Assembly (NCBI GenBank): GCA_001643675.2
Contig: LSRY02000003.1
Location: 2,418,001-2,482,000, forward strand
DNA length: 64,000 bases
Source of the DNA: Monocercomonoides exilis PA203
Lineage: Eukaryota > Protista > Preaxostyla
Direction: 5' to 3'
The stretch's first letter is position 1. Each line of letters starts with the position of its first letter. The position numbers were made by a program, and so were the translations under genes. A model generated the notes under the pieces. That model did no database searches and was not told where the DNA came from. It saw only the letters and a list, made by a program, of their open reading frames with translations. Below are positions 12,306 through 25,936 of this stretch, piece after piece.

Positions 12306-14949
12306 TGAAGAAATAGAAAGGAGTGAATGGAAAGAAAGAGAATGAATAATGCAATTAAATAAAATTGAGAATTTGCTTCAAAATATGAAAAGTGCTCAAG
12401 ATGAATATTTTCAGCATTTATTTGCATATAGTGTTGAGATTTTCAATTATTTTATCACAAACAATTTTCGATGAAATTTCTATGATGGCAAATATGAATT
12501 TCTTTTTGTTTCTCTTTTTGTCAAATCTTTTTAGAATTGATATCCTTTTGATTTCTGCAACAAATTGGAAAATCATAATTTTCTTTTTCACCCACTCATC
12601 AAAATACCTTTTGTATTGTTTTCTGAATGATCTTTTGGTAAATCGAAAATACCTATTTTGTTAAGAATGTTCTTCTTTTGTTTTGTTCTTCAGATAACAC
12701 AATTATCGGTATTGTTTTGCAACCAGATAATGAAAAATTGATTTTTAAAAACAATTATTTATTTTTGATTTAAAAACGAATCAATAGTCAAGTTCAACAA
12801 TAATTTGATAATCGAAAGGTTTTTTCTAAAAAAATCACAGTTATTCACTGGGAAAATATGTAAATTTGAATGAAAAATTTGGTATTGAAGAACTTCACTG
12901 ATTTTGATAATTTCTTCGTTTATTCACTTTTCGATTCTGTATTATTGGAATCATTTTTCAGAAAAACCAAGAACAAAGGATTCTCAAAAACAATGGATTC
13001 TCAATTTTATGTCGAAACAATCCAGTGATGTTTTGATTGATAGGGTGAGTTTATTCAAAGATGTTTCCACAAAATCATTCTTTTCAACTGAATAAAAAAA
13101 TATGAATTAATTATTTACATTCCAGTTATCATTTCATGAATATCCAATTAATATTTATCATCGCCTTTTTTGAATTCTTTTTCAATCGAATGTTATCACA
13201 GGTTCAAATATTCATTATCACAATTATTGTTCTTGTGAAATCCTTTTTTGACAAAAAATTTTTGTCTGTTCTTCTTCAAATGATTCGTTGTGAAGGCCAA
13301 GATTTTTTTCATATTCTGAACGAGAAAAGTAATATTCTCCATTATCACAGTTGTCTGTCCTTTACTACAACAGCTCAATACTGTGTGATTATCTTTGAAA
13401 TCATATCAATTGTCAATCTTTTAGTGTCATCCTTCAATTGTTTTTCAGACATTGTTTCTGGTAATGTGAATTTTTGAAGTGATGAACATTTCGAATAAAG
13501 ATAGAAAAATATTCAAAGAATGGTGAAGTCAGAATCGAATCTAATCACATCAGTTTTTGCACAGCTTAATGCGACTATATTCGATTGTGATGATATACGA
13601 TGCTGCTTAACACAGAAAAATATAAAAATTAATTAATTTATTTATTAAATTTGGTTCGTATTTTAAATTATTGAAAATTTATCATTAAAACGCATTTTTC
13701 ACTTGCGAAATCAATTTTTTCATTAATACACATTATTTAGACTTTTTTTAACATAATTTTGAAAAGAGAAAAATTGTGATTTTTGATCAAAAAACTGATT
13801 TTTCATTGAAAAATGAACCCATTAAAAAACAAAATACATATGAATATATTCAGCCCTGTGATTATTTGCGATGGAAAATGAATGAAAAAAAGAAAAAATG
13901 TCGGTGCATTGAAAAATTCGACTAAAACCGATTTCGATTTTATAAGATGAGAATATATCCGGCTTAGACTGTATTCCACTTTTATATTGCTGATTTTTTC
14001 CTTTTTGAAGAAAACAAAGTTGTAATTAATAAATATTTTTCTTTCGAATATTGAAAGACAAAAGATTAGTGATATTGGATCGAATAAAGATAACACTCAA
14101 AATGACAAAAGTTGTTTTCTTTTTATTCAATAAATTTCCAATAAAAACCTTTTTTTTTTCTTTGAGTTTCAAATAATAAAAGTCAAACGCATTGTAGAAA
14201 TGTTTGTGAAGCTTTTCCATTTCTTTTCTTTTTATGCAATTCCAAAAAAACAAAATCATTCATTTCATTTGAATATATCGTTTTGTTTACAAGAACATAA
14301 TTGCTTTTTTAATCAAAATGAAAACGTCTTATTTGATTGGCCAATGCAAATACAGAATCAAACATCAATCAATATTCAAATTGTTTCATTTTCCAGATAT
14401 TCTCATGAGTTTTAGAAAAATGATAAACAGTGGAAATATTCACGCCAAATGTTAATAAGAAAATGATTTTTCAGAATTAAATAATAAAGTCATCCTTTAA
14501 TTCTCTTTCATCAGTTGAATTCAAATAAAGTTATTCTTTCACAAATGAATGAAATGAAAAAATGAAATGATTTGTAAACACTTCTTTCCGCTGAGTTCTT
14601 TCCAGAAAATGAATACTGAATATGTGATTGGAACATTTCGATTTCTTGTTGAATTTTGTGTTTTCAGTTTTCTCAGAACTAAAAATTTTCTGATAATTTG
14701 ATATCATTGATTTTTGATGAAAACGCGAAAATGAAACAAAATGAAATTTTAATTATTGATTCAAAAATTCATTTCTATAATTTTTTAATTTTCATTTTCA
14801 TTGCAGATAACACAAGGCAATTTCTTTTCATCAAATGGAATGATTTAAAGGAAAAGTGAAACAATTTGAGCAATTTCATTTTCTTTAACACAAACATACA
14901 CAAAAGAATTTTAAAAATTTCTCTTTTCACTCTTCCTATACTCTCTTTT

Positions 14950-17222
14950 CAAACATCTCCTCATCCGAATCCCATCCACTTCAACAATCTCTTCCCTCTC
15001 ACTCACTCAACTCATCCGTTTCTGCCTCCTCAACAACCTCAACCACTTCTTCGCCTTCTTCCACAAACATCAACACAAATACAATCCCCTCTCATTCTCT
15101 TCATTCATCTCTCTCCATCCACTCAACCATCTTCCTCCGCACTCACAACCCCATCGATGGAGCCATCATTCCCCCTCTCAACAGCCCTGCCACTTCTCTC
15201 TCTGCCTTCAACACATCTTTCCTCCACCAAACACGATCTTCATCAAATGCTGCTGTTGTTCATGTAGGAACTGAATCTCAAAGAAAAACACTAAAAAGAC
15301 TGACTGCTTTTGATGAGAACAGCCATCTCTTTGAATGGTGCGAATGGAAAGATTCAACTGGTGGATCAAATCATGGTGGTGCACTTTATGTAAATTGCGT
15401 GAATGCAAATCTCAAAATCGTTTCGTGTTCATTTCACAATTGTTCTTGTACAGGAGATGGTCATGGCGGAGCATTATACTGTGCATATTTGCTGAATATT
15501 GATATCACTAAATCCAATTTCACAAATTGTTCAGCAGCTCATGGAGGAGCAATATGCATAGCTGGTCCTCAATCAAATTCTGTTTATTCATTCTCAGAAA
15601 ACAGAGTGGAAAGTTGTTCAATATCCGGTTGGTGTGGAACGGGTTGGTATTTTAATATGTATTATTTCCCAGAAAACGGTCAATTCTTGTTTTCCAAATG
15701 CAAATGTATTGCAAATTCTGGTGGTGATGCTGCTGGTTCTCTCACATTCAATTCTCCTCCAAGCAACAAACCAAATCAGTTTTCAATCAATGATTGCCAG
15801 TTTATAAACAACAAATTGACTGCCTCTGCCAATTATGGAGGTGCTGCAATGTTTTTTAGGAATACTTATTCTTGGATGAATGAAATAAAATTCATCACAT
15901 TTTGTTTTTTCAATGGCAACACTGCCACAAATGGCAGAGGAAACGACGTGTTTTTCAATGGCAATGCAATCACTCAATCTCCGTTTGAGAATTGTGGCTC
16001 AACAACTCCAACAAAAAGAGTGTGGAATAATGGACAAGATGATAACCCTGTGTATAATGGCTGGCTCCCCCTCGTTGCCCAGAACAAAATCGTTGCCAGC
16101 AATGGAACTGATGCTGATGTCTGTGGCAGACCCCAACAGACCCCATGTGCCACCATCGAGTATGCCCTCACTGGCTTCATTTCCCTCCTCCAAGACGCCT
16201 CCCTCACCCTTCTCACCTCAACATTTGTTCCTATTCAAACACTAACCTTCAGCGCGGTTGACACTAAAATCACTGGAAATGGTACAACTGCCACCACCAT
16301 CGCCTCCAGTGGCATTCCCCAACCATCAAACTCACTTTCACACTCATCACAACCAACATCATCATATTCATCATTTTCATCATTTTCATCAATATCAACA
16401 ATTTCTTCACCAGATCCATCTGCCTCGTCTGCCCTCTTCCAACAGACCCAGGGCTCCCTCACAGTCTCTGCCCTCGCCATCGCGCACAACTCCACAAATC
16501 CCATCACCCCCATCCTCTTCCACCTCTCCCAAAACTCCCCTTCCCTCAACCTCAACACAACCACCATCACCGGAACAACCTCCACACCAATAAAAACCCC
16601 CCTCTTCTTCCTCACTGCTGGCTCCCTCGCCCTCAACCACACAGCAATCACCAGTCTCCCCCTCAACAGCCAGAGCATCTTCCACCTCACCTCCCTCACA
16701 AATCCCCTCACCCTCAACTCCTCCAACATCACCCACATCATCTCCACTGCCGCCCCCACCAGCTGTGTCCTCTCCTCTGCCACCTCCCCTGCCCTCTCCC
16801 TCTCCCTCGCCAACTGCACCATCACCAACATCAACTCAGCTCCGCAAAACCAACAGACTGCCACCAATGGCGGATGCATCTCATTCGCCTCATCTGCCTC
16901 TGCCAACTCATTTTCTGTGAGTGATTCCACCTTCTCCAGCTGCTGTGTGAGCGAGGATACAAGTTCTGGAGGAAGAGGCGGTGCTCTCATGATCGAGTTC
17001 AATGAAGGCTCACAAGTGTCAGAATCCTCCTTTTCCATCACCAATATCGTGTTTTCAGCCAACAAGGCCAGCGTCGGAAGAGATATGTATTTTGTGTGTG
17101 AATCCCTTGTCGCTTCTGTGAAAGAGCCCTTGTTCGCCTTCATGACAAGCATCGCTCAGAAAGACAACTCGGCTGTTGGACATGACAGAACAGAAGCATT
17201 TGGAGATTGGGATGTCGATTAA
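14950..17222 (+). pseudogene. Beta-helix family copy D: 5'-truncated, core plus extension, premature TAA TAA at 17220-17225
   Basis: Homologous to copy E's Ser/Pro linker from ~14950. Core is open. Stops occur where A reads DVDSFIF, and homology continues past them. Confidence 0.75.
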
Positions 17223-20200
17223 TAAATCTTTATCAACGGGCATACAGCTGACAATGCATATGTGGAAAACATACTTTGCATCAGAGCAATGCATTGTTGG
17301 CTATCAAAGATGCCCTGCAAGAGCACACGCAACGCGATGGGTTTTCTGAAGAAGGTGCAGATCATAAGGCAGAAATCATTTCATCAGCTGGCTTGCCGGT
17401 GAAAATATGTGCAAATGAAGGCAAAGTCGAAGAAAGTTGGGGAGATGGCACACAAAATTGAAGAAAACATCTCATATGTGCATTTGATGAAATCAACATT
17501 GCTTGTCGGGCATTTATTCTCTTCTTTCATAGAATTATCCATTAAATTTGCCTTTTCAAATAAATATGTTTCCCTCATCGTTTCATCTTCTGCGACTTTT
17601 TGAAGGCATGTGGCCTTGCGAAATCTCTCGAAAACCATCCTTGCAACTGTTTGTTCAAAGAAATCTTTTCCAATCTTGTTCCTTCTTCTTCCTGTAATTC
17701 TTTCAATCTCAAAATAAATAATGCAGAGGCAACCTTCATGGATTGTGTGCCCGATGATCGGCTATTCTTAATTTGACATTGAACCATTTCATTTGTAAAA
17801 TAATTTTTAAAGATATTCCGTAAAACAACAAATATGCCTTTTATCTTTCTGAGTAAGAATGAAAGATGATGCTCGGCCCTGGATTTAACGGGAGTTGAAT
17901 GAAATAGAAATAGGAATATTTTTAATTCGTTCATCGAAGAAGGCGTTGAAGAAGAAAAGGAGGGTCACAATTGTTGAAATGAAGATAGATGCTGTGCGAA
18001 TGTGTGAACGAATGAGGAAGAATGAAGTTGAAGAAGTTGAAGAAGAAGAGGAAGAGGTTGAAGTCAAAGAAGAAGAAGAAGAAGAAGCAATATGTGACTG
18101 AATAAGATTTTGTGTGTTTTTGGCTATGCGGTTCATAACAGGCGTGCTTGTCGCTGAATAAGCAAGTGAATTGTGAGAAGGCGAATTTTGTGTTTGTAAA
18201 TCAAGAAATGAGGAAGATGGTTGATTGAACGAAGGAGGATTATCAGAAGAAGAAGAAGAAGGTGAAGATGAAGAAAAAGATGCAGTTGAGAAATGCGAAA
18301 ACAGTTGAACGACATTTCTGAAGAAGATGACGAGGGCACTTTGCGTGAAGTCGTTGATTGGCCAAAATGGCTCGCTTGCTGTATAAATTTCAGATTTGTT
18401 TGAAAAATTCAATCACAAAATGTGTGACGAATAGATTGTGAAAATCAATCTTGCTGTATTTCTTCAAAGTTTATTGACTTTCTTTTTGCGATTTCCTCTC
18501 CTTTCCCCTCAAAAATAGAAAATGTTGATTTTTCTCAATTTCCATTCCTTTCCATTCCACTTTTCCATTCAACCCCAAAAAATCATCAGAAAATATCAAT
18601 CCCATCCTTTTCTTCATCTTTCCCATTCTCTTCCAAATAACCTTCTCCTCTCAAAAAAAATACCCCCTTTTCATATGAACATTTCTCAATTTCCCTCTTC
18701 TTTCCCGCTTTTGCCCTCTTTTCCTTTTTTTCATAATCCATTTCTCCCATCAACATTAAACACCTTCTTTATCGTCCCCAACTTTTTCTCTACATATTTT
18801 CTACATTTTCCTCTACAAATCTCTCCCTATCCTTCCCCACCCCCTTTGTCTCAGAATTTCTTTCATTCAAAAATCATTCTTGAAGCATTAACATTCTCAA
18901 AAATATACTCAACCCCCACCTTCTCTCACAAATAATCCTCTTCCATCACTTGTATACGCCTTATCCCTCATGTGCCTGGTGTTGATGAAATAAACGAGAT
19001 ATATTGCTTTGGGTGGCTGAGAATATTATTAAAGGAGATGATCATGCCAAAAACAGAAAAACCCCTTTGGACAGGCATCATGCTGTGTACGGGCTGAGAA
19101 GACTCTCCAGAGAGATATACGATATATTTTGTGGAGACGCATTCCATGCTGTGTTCAACCATTCTGAGACTGAAATGAAGAGATTGATTTATTTTTTGAA
19201 TGATGATTGTTGTGGAAATGAGTGTGCTTGGCAAAAAACAGTCGAAGTTCAGTTTGGTCTTTATTTATTTTTCTATATATGAATATTTATCTGTTGAATG
19301 TTTTTGTGTTGTTTTCAGGGCAGGAGGTGGAAAAGAATGAAAATGAATGAAAGCGGGATATCTCGTTGTGCAGGGTGACTTTCGAGTTGAGCCAGCAAAT
19401 TCATATGGAAAGTGCCCAGGGCGAAGGGATTGGGAAGGGAATTGGAGATGATATTTTCAGATGAGAAATAGGATTATTTTCAATGATGAGGATGGAATTT
19501 GAGCAGAATGCATAAATCTCACATTTTTCAGCAGAGCAATAAATCGATGCATTTGATGGAGAAATGACTGATGAAAAGGATGGTTGGGGAATCAGATGAT
19601 GAAACATTCGAAAACGAAAAGAATAATGAAATTGATAAAGAAAACAGGTGCCAACGGAATAAAATATAGGCATTGGCTTAAAAATAGGTTCTGAAGGTTT
19701 GATATTGTTATTTTTTTGAATTTATTATTATTTTTTTTAAAGAATGCTGAAAGGATGAGGGATTAGGTGGCTTTGAAGAAGAAAAAGAAAAGCAAGGAAG
19801 GAAAAATAAAGACGGACAGACGAAATTCAAGATATTATGAAGATGCCTGGCATCAGCTTCGGTGAAGAATTATTTTTGAGGAAAGAAGATTTTTTGTGAA
19901 AGAGGGGAAGCGAAAGAAGAAGGCATGGAATGAAAAAGAGATTGACGCGTGCTTTGTATTTTTTGTTGGAAAGAGAGAAAGAGATTGAGCTGAAAGTGAA
20001 AAGAATTCAGATGTTTCTCCTCTACAGAAGAAAAAGGGATAGAAGACGAGAATTTCAATGAATTTCAACTTTGATATTTATTGGATCTCATTTTCACAAT
20101 CTTCAACAATTAATCACTCATTCAATCCATTCATCATCATTACCATCTTCTTCTTCTTCTTCTTCTTCAAACACATCAACAACATTTCACACAACTTCTT

Positions 20201-21640
20201 CTTCTTCTTCTTCATTCACATCATCTGATTGATTTTCTTCACGTTCTGCGTTTGCATCAGAGATTAAGAGAGAAATGAAAAGGAAACAAGGAAATGTATT
20301 GATGAAGGAAATAATCAGAAATAAGAATTAGAAGGCGAAAGAAGAGGAGAAAGAGAAAGAGAAGGAAGAGCATGTTTTACTGGAGGATTTTGAAAGGAAA
20401 TGGAATCGAGAAGATTGAAAATATTTTTGAATGAAAAGAAGAATACATGGAAGAAGAGGAGAGAAGAAATAGCAACTTACACAAAGAAAAGTAAATAGAT
20501 AAATAGTGGATAAATTTGAATGAAGAAATAGCAAATAGGGGTAAATGACTAAATGCAGAAGAAATCAAAAGTTTTGAATAAATGACTCAAAGAAGGAATG
20601 AGAGAAGAGGAGAAAATGGAGAAAGAGATAATAACAGGAAAAGAGAAGGGACATGAAAAGACATTTTATGGAAAAGCTAGAATTGGTCATTTTTTCTCAG
20701 CGTTATCAGCTTTATTTTTATTCCACACTCTTTTTGTTGGGGTTGTTGATCCGCACTGATTAAATGGAGATTGGGTGATGCTGCTTCCGCTGAAGAACAC
20801 ATCGTTTCCTCTGCCATTTGTTGCGGAATTGCCATCGAAGAAACAGAATGTGATGAATTTATTTCCGCTCATCCAGGAATAAGTTGCTGTGCAACACAAC
20901 GCAGCGCCACCATAGGAAGTTGATGAACTTGTCAATTTGTTGTTTATAAACTGACAATCATTGATTGAAAATTGATTTGGTTTATTTTGTGGAGGGTAAT
21001 GAAATGTGAGAGAACCGGCTGAATCACCACCAGTATTTGAAATGCACTTGCATTTGGTGAACAGGAATTTTGCATCTGATGGCATGCTGTCGAGCAAGAA
21101 ATACCAGCCAGTTCCAACAGTACCATTTATTTTACAACCTTCAACTCTGTTATCTGAGAATGAATAAGCAGAAGATGATTGTCTTCCATCAATGCAAATT
21201 GCACCTCCGCGAGTGGCAGAACAGTTTGAAAAATTGGAATTTGTGATGTTCACATTTGACAAATATAAACTGTATAATGCACCACCAGCATAATCACCTG
21301 TGATCGAACAATTGTTGAATGAACAAGAAGTGATGGTGAGGTTGGCATTTGTGCAGTTGACTTTTAGAGCACCACCATAATCATTTCCTCCATTTGAATC
21401 ATTCCATTCACACCACTCAAAGATATAGCTATTCAAATCAGTAAAGGGCAATCGACTTAATTCCTTTCTTTGAGATTCAGATCCAATATATTTAACGGGA
21501 TCATTTGATGAAGATCGAGTTTGGTGAAGAAAAGAAGTGTTGAAGGCAGAGAGAGAAGTGGAGGGGCTGTTTAGGTTTGGGAGAATGGAGCCATCAATGG
21601 GGTTGTGGGTGTGTTTGAAGATGGTTGAGTGGATGGAAAG
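15130..21640. repeat. Segmental direct duplication, unit 2 (copy D, spacer, convergent copy E)
   Basis: Collinear with 3630-10040 at an offset of ~11.55 kb. Confidence 0.9.
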
Positions 21641-22540
21641 AGATGAGTGAAGGGAGAATGAGGGAATTGAATTGGTGTTGGAGTTGGTGTTGGTGGAAGT
21701 TGAAGAAGAGGAAGAGGTGGTTGAGATGAATGAATTGAGTGAGTGTGAGGGAAGGGATTGAAGAGATGGAGGGGATTGAGGAGATGAGATGTTGGAGAAG
21801 AGGGTGTTTGAGAGATGGAGATTGAGGTAGATTTGGAGGTGGGGATGGGATTGGTGATGGATATGGAGAGGGGAAGGGGAAGAGAAAGAGGAAATAGAAG
21901 AGGAAAGGGAAGGGGAAGGAGAAGAAAAAGAAGAGGATGAGGATGAGGATGAGAAAGATGAAGGAGAAGGGGAAAGGGAAGGAGATGGAGAAGGGGATGG
22001 GGAAGAGAGGGAAGAAGGAGAAAAAAGGAAAGGCTGGACGAGGGAGACGAAGGAGGAGAAAGAGGAGTGGGAGATGGAGAAGGAGGCAGGGATTGGGGAG
22101 TGGGGATCTGAGAGGAGATTGTTTGGGGTGGAGAAGAGGGGGAAGGAGAAGATGGCAGGTTGGTGGGTGGTGAGGGAGAAGTTGGTGAGGGCGAGGGAGG
22201 CATGGGCAGAGAGGAAGAGGGGGCATTGGTGGTGGTGGTTGTTGGTGAGGGAAGGTGGGTGGATGGTGCAAGTGGAGGAGCAGATGGAGGCAGCGGAGTG
22301 GTGTTGGGCAGCGAGGAGTGGACAACCAGCGAGGGGGATGATGTTGAGATGGGTCACACACAAGGAGGTGTTGATGAGAGCGAGGCTTGTCTGAGCACCA
22401 CAGATGTGATCGCCAGATGCATATTCCACCTTGTGTGGGTGAGCGTCTCTGATGATGCTGTTTGCGATGTTCTCTCCACGAACCAGATTTATGGTGAGGA
22501 ATGTGATGAGTATTTGAGCTGATACTACGATCCTAATCAT
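20687..22540 (-). CDS. Beta-helix (pectin-lyase-like / Pmp-like GGA repeat) secreted or surface protein, copy E; the only copy with ATG and signal peptide
   Basis: ATG at 22540, MIRIVVSAQILITFLTINLVRG hydrophobic leader, Ser/Pro/His linker, then the core. Ends at ADNAEKK* without the extension seen in A/D and without a TM segment. Confidence 0.7.
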   Translation of the reverse strand: MIRIVVSAQILITFLTINLVRGENIANSIIRDAHPHKVEYASGDHICGAQTSLALINTSLCVTHLNIIPLAGCPLLAAQHHSAASICSSTCTIHPPSLTNNHHHQCPLFLSAHASLALTNFSLTTHQPAIFSFPLFSTPNNLLSDPHSPIPASFSISHSSFSSFVSLVQPFLFSPSSLSSPSPSPSPSLSPSPSSFSSSSSSSSFSSPSPSLSSSISSFSSPSPLHIHHQSHPHLQIYLNLHLSNTLFSNISSPQSPPSLQSLPSHSLNSFISTTSSSSSTSTNTNSNTNSIPSFSLHSSLSIHSTIFKHTHNPIDGSILPNLNSPSTSLSAFNTSFLHQTRSSSNDPVKYIGSESQRKELSRLPFTDLNSYIFEWCEWNDSNGGNDYGGALKVNCTNANLTITSCSFNNCSITGDYAGGALYSLYLSNVNITNSNFSNCSATRGGAICIDGRQSSSAYSFSDNRVEGCKINGTVGTGWYFLLDSMPSDAKFLFTKCKCISNTGGDSAGSLTFHYPPQNKPNQFSINDCQFINNKLTSSSTSYGGAALCCTATYSWMSGNKFITFCFFDGNSATNGRGNDVFFSGSSITQSPFNQCGSTTPTKRVWNKNKADNAEKK

Positions 22541-23674
22541 TTTCAAACTGTGATGCAATTTGATTGGAATGAATATGAATGAAGGCTTAATTGGTGGAAA
22601 GGGGAGAGATGCAACGTGAAGTGAAAATCGAAGAGGAAATCTTATGAATCGTTGATAATATTGTTAAATTCCTAACTTTTATACATGTGGATATCAATTT
22701 ATTTCTTGTTTGCATTCGTTTCTCTCGTGTGCGCTCAATTTTTTATTCGGAAATTAAATAGATTTTTTTTTTTTTTGAAACAATTATTTTTCGGCTGAAG
22801 AATTCATATTGATGAATAACTTGATGATTTATTTTCATGAAAGATGTAATTTCGATATTGCAGATAATGCCCCAACAATCTCCTCTATTAACTTGAGAAA
22901 TGGTTGAAATGTATGTTTTTGGAAATGGGGAAAATCTGAAACAAATATTGGCATCTCAAATAAATACATACTGTTTGGAATTACAGCCAATGACTGACAA
23001 ACAACAGTCGGTGATTTAAAAAAATATATATTTTTTAATCAAAAAAACTATAATCCACCGAAACATTTTTTTTTTCCTTTTCAAATACACTAATTATTCT
23101 TTTTTGAAATCCACAAATTTGAAAAATATTCTGTGAAATACAAAATTCAACTTTGTTATTAATGAATACCACAAAAAAAGAAAACAAGTGTATGAGAAAA
23201 AATAACATTTATAATGAAATATGAATAAACGAACAACGAAATGCATTTGTGGTGCTTCAAATATCTGAGGAGCTTTCGAAACAGTTGAGACTGCTATCGC
23301 ACATATTATTATTCAAAAGATATTTTCTCAAAAAATCTTATCAGAATTTCTTTGATGAATAAATCTTCTGAGAAAATCAGTTTTATTTTGGTTGAATGTC
23401 AGAAACGGAGTTTGATTTCATGTATTGATTATACTCGTGAAATTGATGAAAATTTTGAGTTTCTTCTTCAATTTTTTAAAAAAACAAACATGAGAACAAT
23501 ATTTCTTTCAAGAAACAATTACTTTTTCATCCCAAATGAATTCTGAAATGAATGAGATAATTGGAGAAAATTGGAGTTTATTTTTTAAATCATAACTTTT
23601 TTGGAGAGAGCATTTATTTTTTCAATAATAGTTTATCATATTAATGATTCAATAACTATTTATTCATCATATTA

Positions 23675-24497
23675 CACCAAAAATAATTCTATTTCGAAAA
23701 ATATTAATTCATATTCGAAAAAAATTAATTCATATTCGAAAAAAATTATTCAATTTCGTAATTAATATTTCAATTTAGGTGAAAAATAATTCAAATTCGG
23801 AATTAATAATTCATAATCGTAATTTATTTAATTCGATTTCGAAAAGGAATAATTCAATTTCGAAACGAAAATTTGTTTGATTAATGAAATTATTAACTTA
23901 CGTTTTACTGTCAAAATACTCTTTATTTTCATCTCGTGAGCACACTTTGTTCTTAAATATTAAAAATATAATGCAATTCCTTAAAAATAATTTCATTCAT
24001 TTTGATTGAAAATATAATAATTTGAAGTTTATTTGAAAAGAAAATGAATTCATTTTAATTTTTAAAAAATCGAAGTTTTTTCTAAAATTTCACCAAAGAA
24101 ACAAAAAATAAATCATTGGTCAAAAATTCTTGTATTTTGAAATTCAATAAATGTGATTGAAAAATACTATTTCCTTCAGATTATTCAAAATAATGAATTA
24201 TTTGCTATTAACTTATCATCAGAGTGATGATTTTTGAATAAAAAACTTTTTTCAATAAATTGATTTATTGATTGTTTCGAAATAAAAAAACAGGTTTTTT
24301 TTGAGTTTATATATATGAATGGTTTTGAATTAACTTGACATTTTCCCAAATCCATCCAAAAAAATTATAATTTTCAGTTTAAAATGAATTTCGAAAATGA
24401 ATTATTAATTTTCGAAATAGAATTATTCCTTTTCGAAATCAAATTATTTTTTTCCGAAATTGAATAATTTTTTTCCGAACATGAATTATTTTTGGTG
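23675..24497. mobile_element. Non-autonomous TIR element with subterminal ~21-bp tandem repeats, TA flanks
   Basis: TA|CACCAAAAATAATTC ... GAATTATTTTTGGTG|TA. Arrays of AATTAATTCATATTCGAAAAA-like units at 23680-23865, inverted at 24385-24490. Confidence 0.75.
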
Positions 24498-25725
24498 TAT
24501 TTAATAAAATTGTTGAACTTATCTTTCATAATTATTCAAACAAAGTATGTTTTTCATAAAAAGTGTTTTGAGATGAATTGGTTTTTGGATGAATGTTAGA
24601 AAAAAATGATGATTTGATATTCAGTCAACATTCGAAAAATGGATGAGAAATCGAGCCTCTGTTTGAAATATTTGTTAAATAACTTCAAAATATCCACTTT
24701 ATTTTGGGAAAATATTTTTTGCATGGAATCAATGGATTTTTAGTTGAAATTTTTTCAAATAAACTCAAACCAAATTCGAATATTAAATTGAATGTGATTT
24801 GGAGATTGAAAAGATTAAATAAAATTTTAATATCATTTACAAACACAATTATATCCAAATTAATAAATCATCGGTTTTTATTTTCATATTTTGAACTGTC
24901 AATAATTTCATTTTCCACATTTTCAGAAGTTGTTTCATTGACATTCATATCATCAGTTCATATTCAATGGGGGAATAATTCGTCTTATTGTCCAAATACG
25001 ACCATCAGTGGTTGTTGAGATAATTCCACTGCCCACAGTTTTTGAAATTGTCCACCCTTATTAACACTTTCTTTATCGTTATTTGAAATGAAACAATTTA
25101 TATTATCAACTATCGATAACTGAATCTTATTTCTCACAAATTCATCATTCATAAAATATTGTTTTATTTACTCTTTTTCGTGTATGATGAAACTTGAAGG
25201 ACATCAATAAAACCTTATAATATCATTTATTATTATTCTTCTGTTCTTTTTAGTCATTTTTGAAATTAAGGATAGTTTATTTGGGTGAAATAAATGGATA
25301 AATTGACAGTGAAGTTTTTTAAAAGAGAAAAAAATAACCAAAACTGAGAAATGAAAAAGTACACACAATATTTAATCCTTATATTTTGAATCTATTTCGT
25401 AATAAATGCATGCACATGTTAGACGTCTTTGAAAAATACTCTTATAAAAATTCAGAAAAGTCATATATCGAGAGAATTTTAAAATAGTAATTTTCTGATC
25501 AAAATGATCATTGGATCAACATTTTTTGTTTCAAAAATTTCAACACTCTATTAAAATTTAATATGTATTTTTTTTTTAATTTTTCATAACAAAGGGATTA
25601 TTATTAACTTAAATAACTTCAATTTTTTCCTGGAATGAAAAAATCGTGAAAAATAATTGATGAACTTTTAGTTGCAGTATGCCCTTTTTCGAGTAAAATT
25701 TTTCGTATCAAAGTTAAGAATGAAT

Positions 25726-25936
25726 ATTTGGCTGAATATTTTTGAAATCATTCAATCGTTCAAGTTTTTATCAAAATTCAATCTCAAAGGGATTACGAAA
25801 AAATGTGCTTTTGCTGTGAATATATACAGCACATGATGATGTTTTAAAGAAATATTATTTTTTCACAATCCCATTGAGATATAACTTTTTATAAAAACTC
25901 AAACAAATGTATGATTTCAATAAGGATTAGCCAAAT
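25726..25936. mobile_element. MITE-like hairpin with ~75-bp imperfect TIRs, related to family A termini
   Basis: ATTTGGCTGAATATTTTTGAAATCAT vs reverse complement ATTTGGCTAATCCTTATTGAAATCAT. An inner ATCTCAA.GGGATT block is also inverted. No clean TSD. Confidence 0.55.

Noticed and set aside
13525-13660. Dispersed repeat similar to 735-870
   Set aside because: Real but degenerate similarity, with no definable ends or TSD to classify
4328-17152. Long antisense and alternate-frame ORFs over the beta-helix copies (e.g. 4946-5602, 16235-17152)
   Set aside because: Shadow frames of C-rich biased coding sequence, with no independent protein features
17220-17225. TAA/TAG read as Gln (as in Streblomastix) rescuing the stops
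   Set aside because: The stops align with Ser/Phe codons in copy A, and conserved SEC61B ends at TAA in the expected position
23680-23865. Short repeats resembling a CRISPR array
   Set aside because: Tandem degenerate units with no unique spacers, mirrored at the other end of a TIR element, in a eukaryotic context
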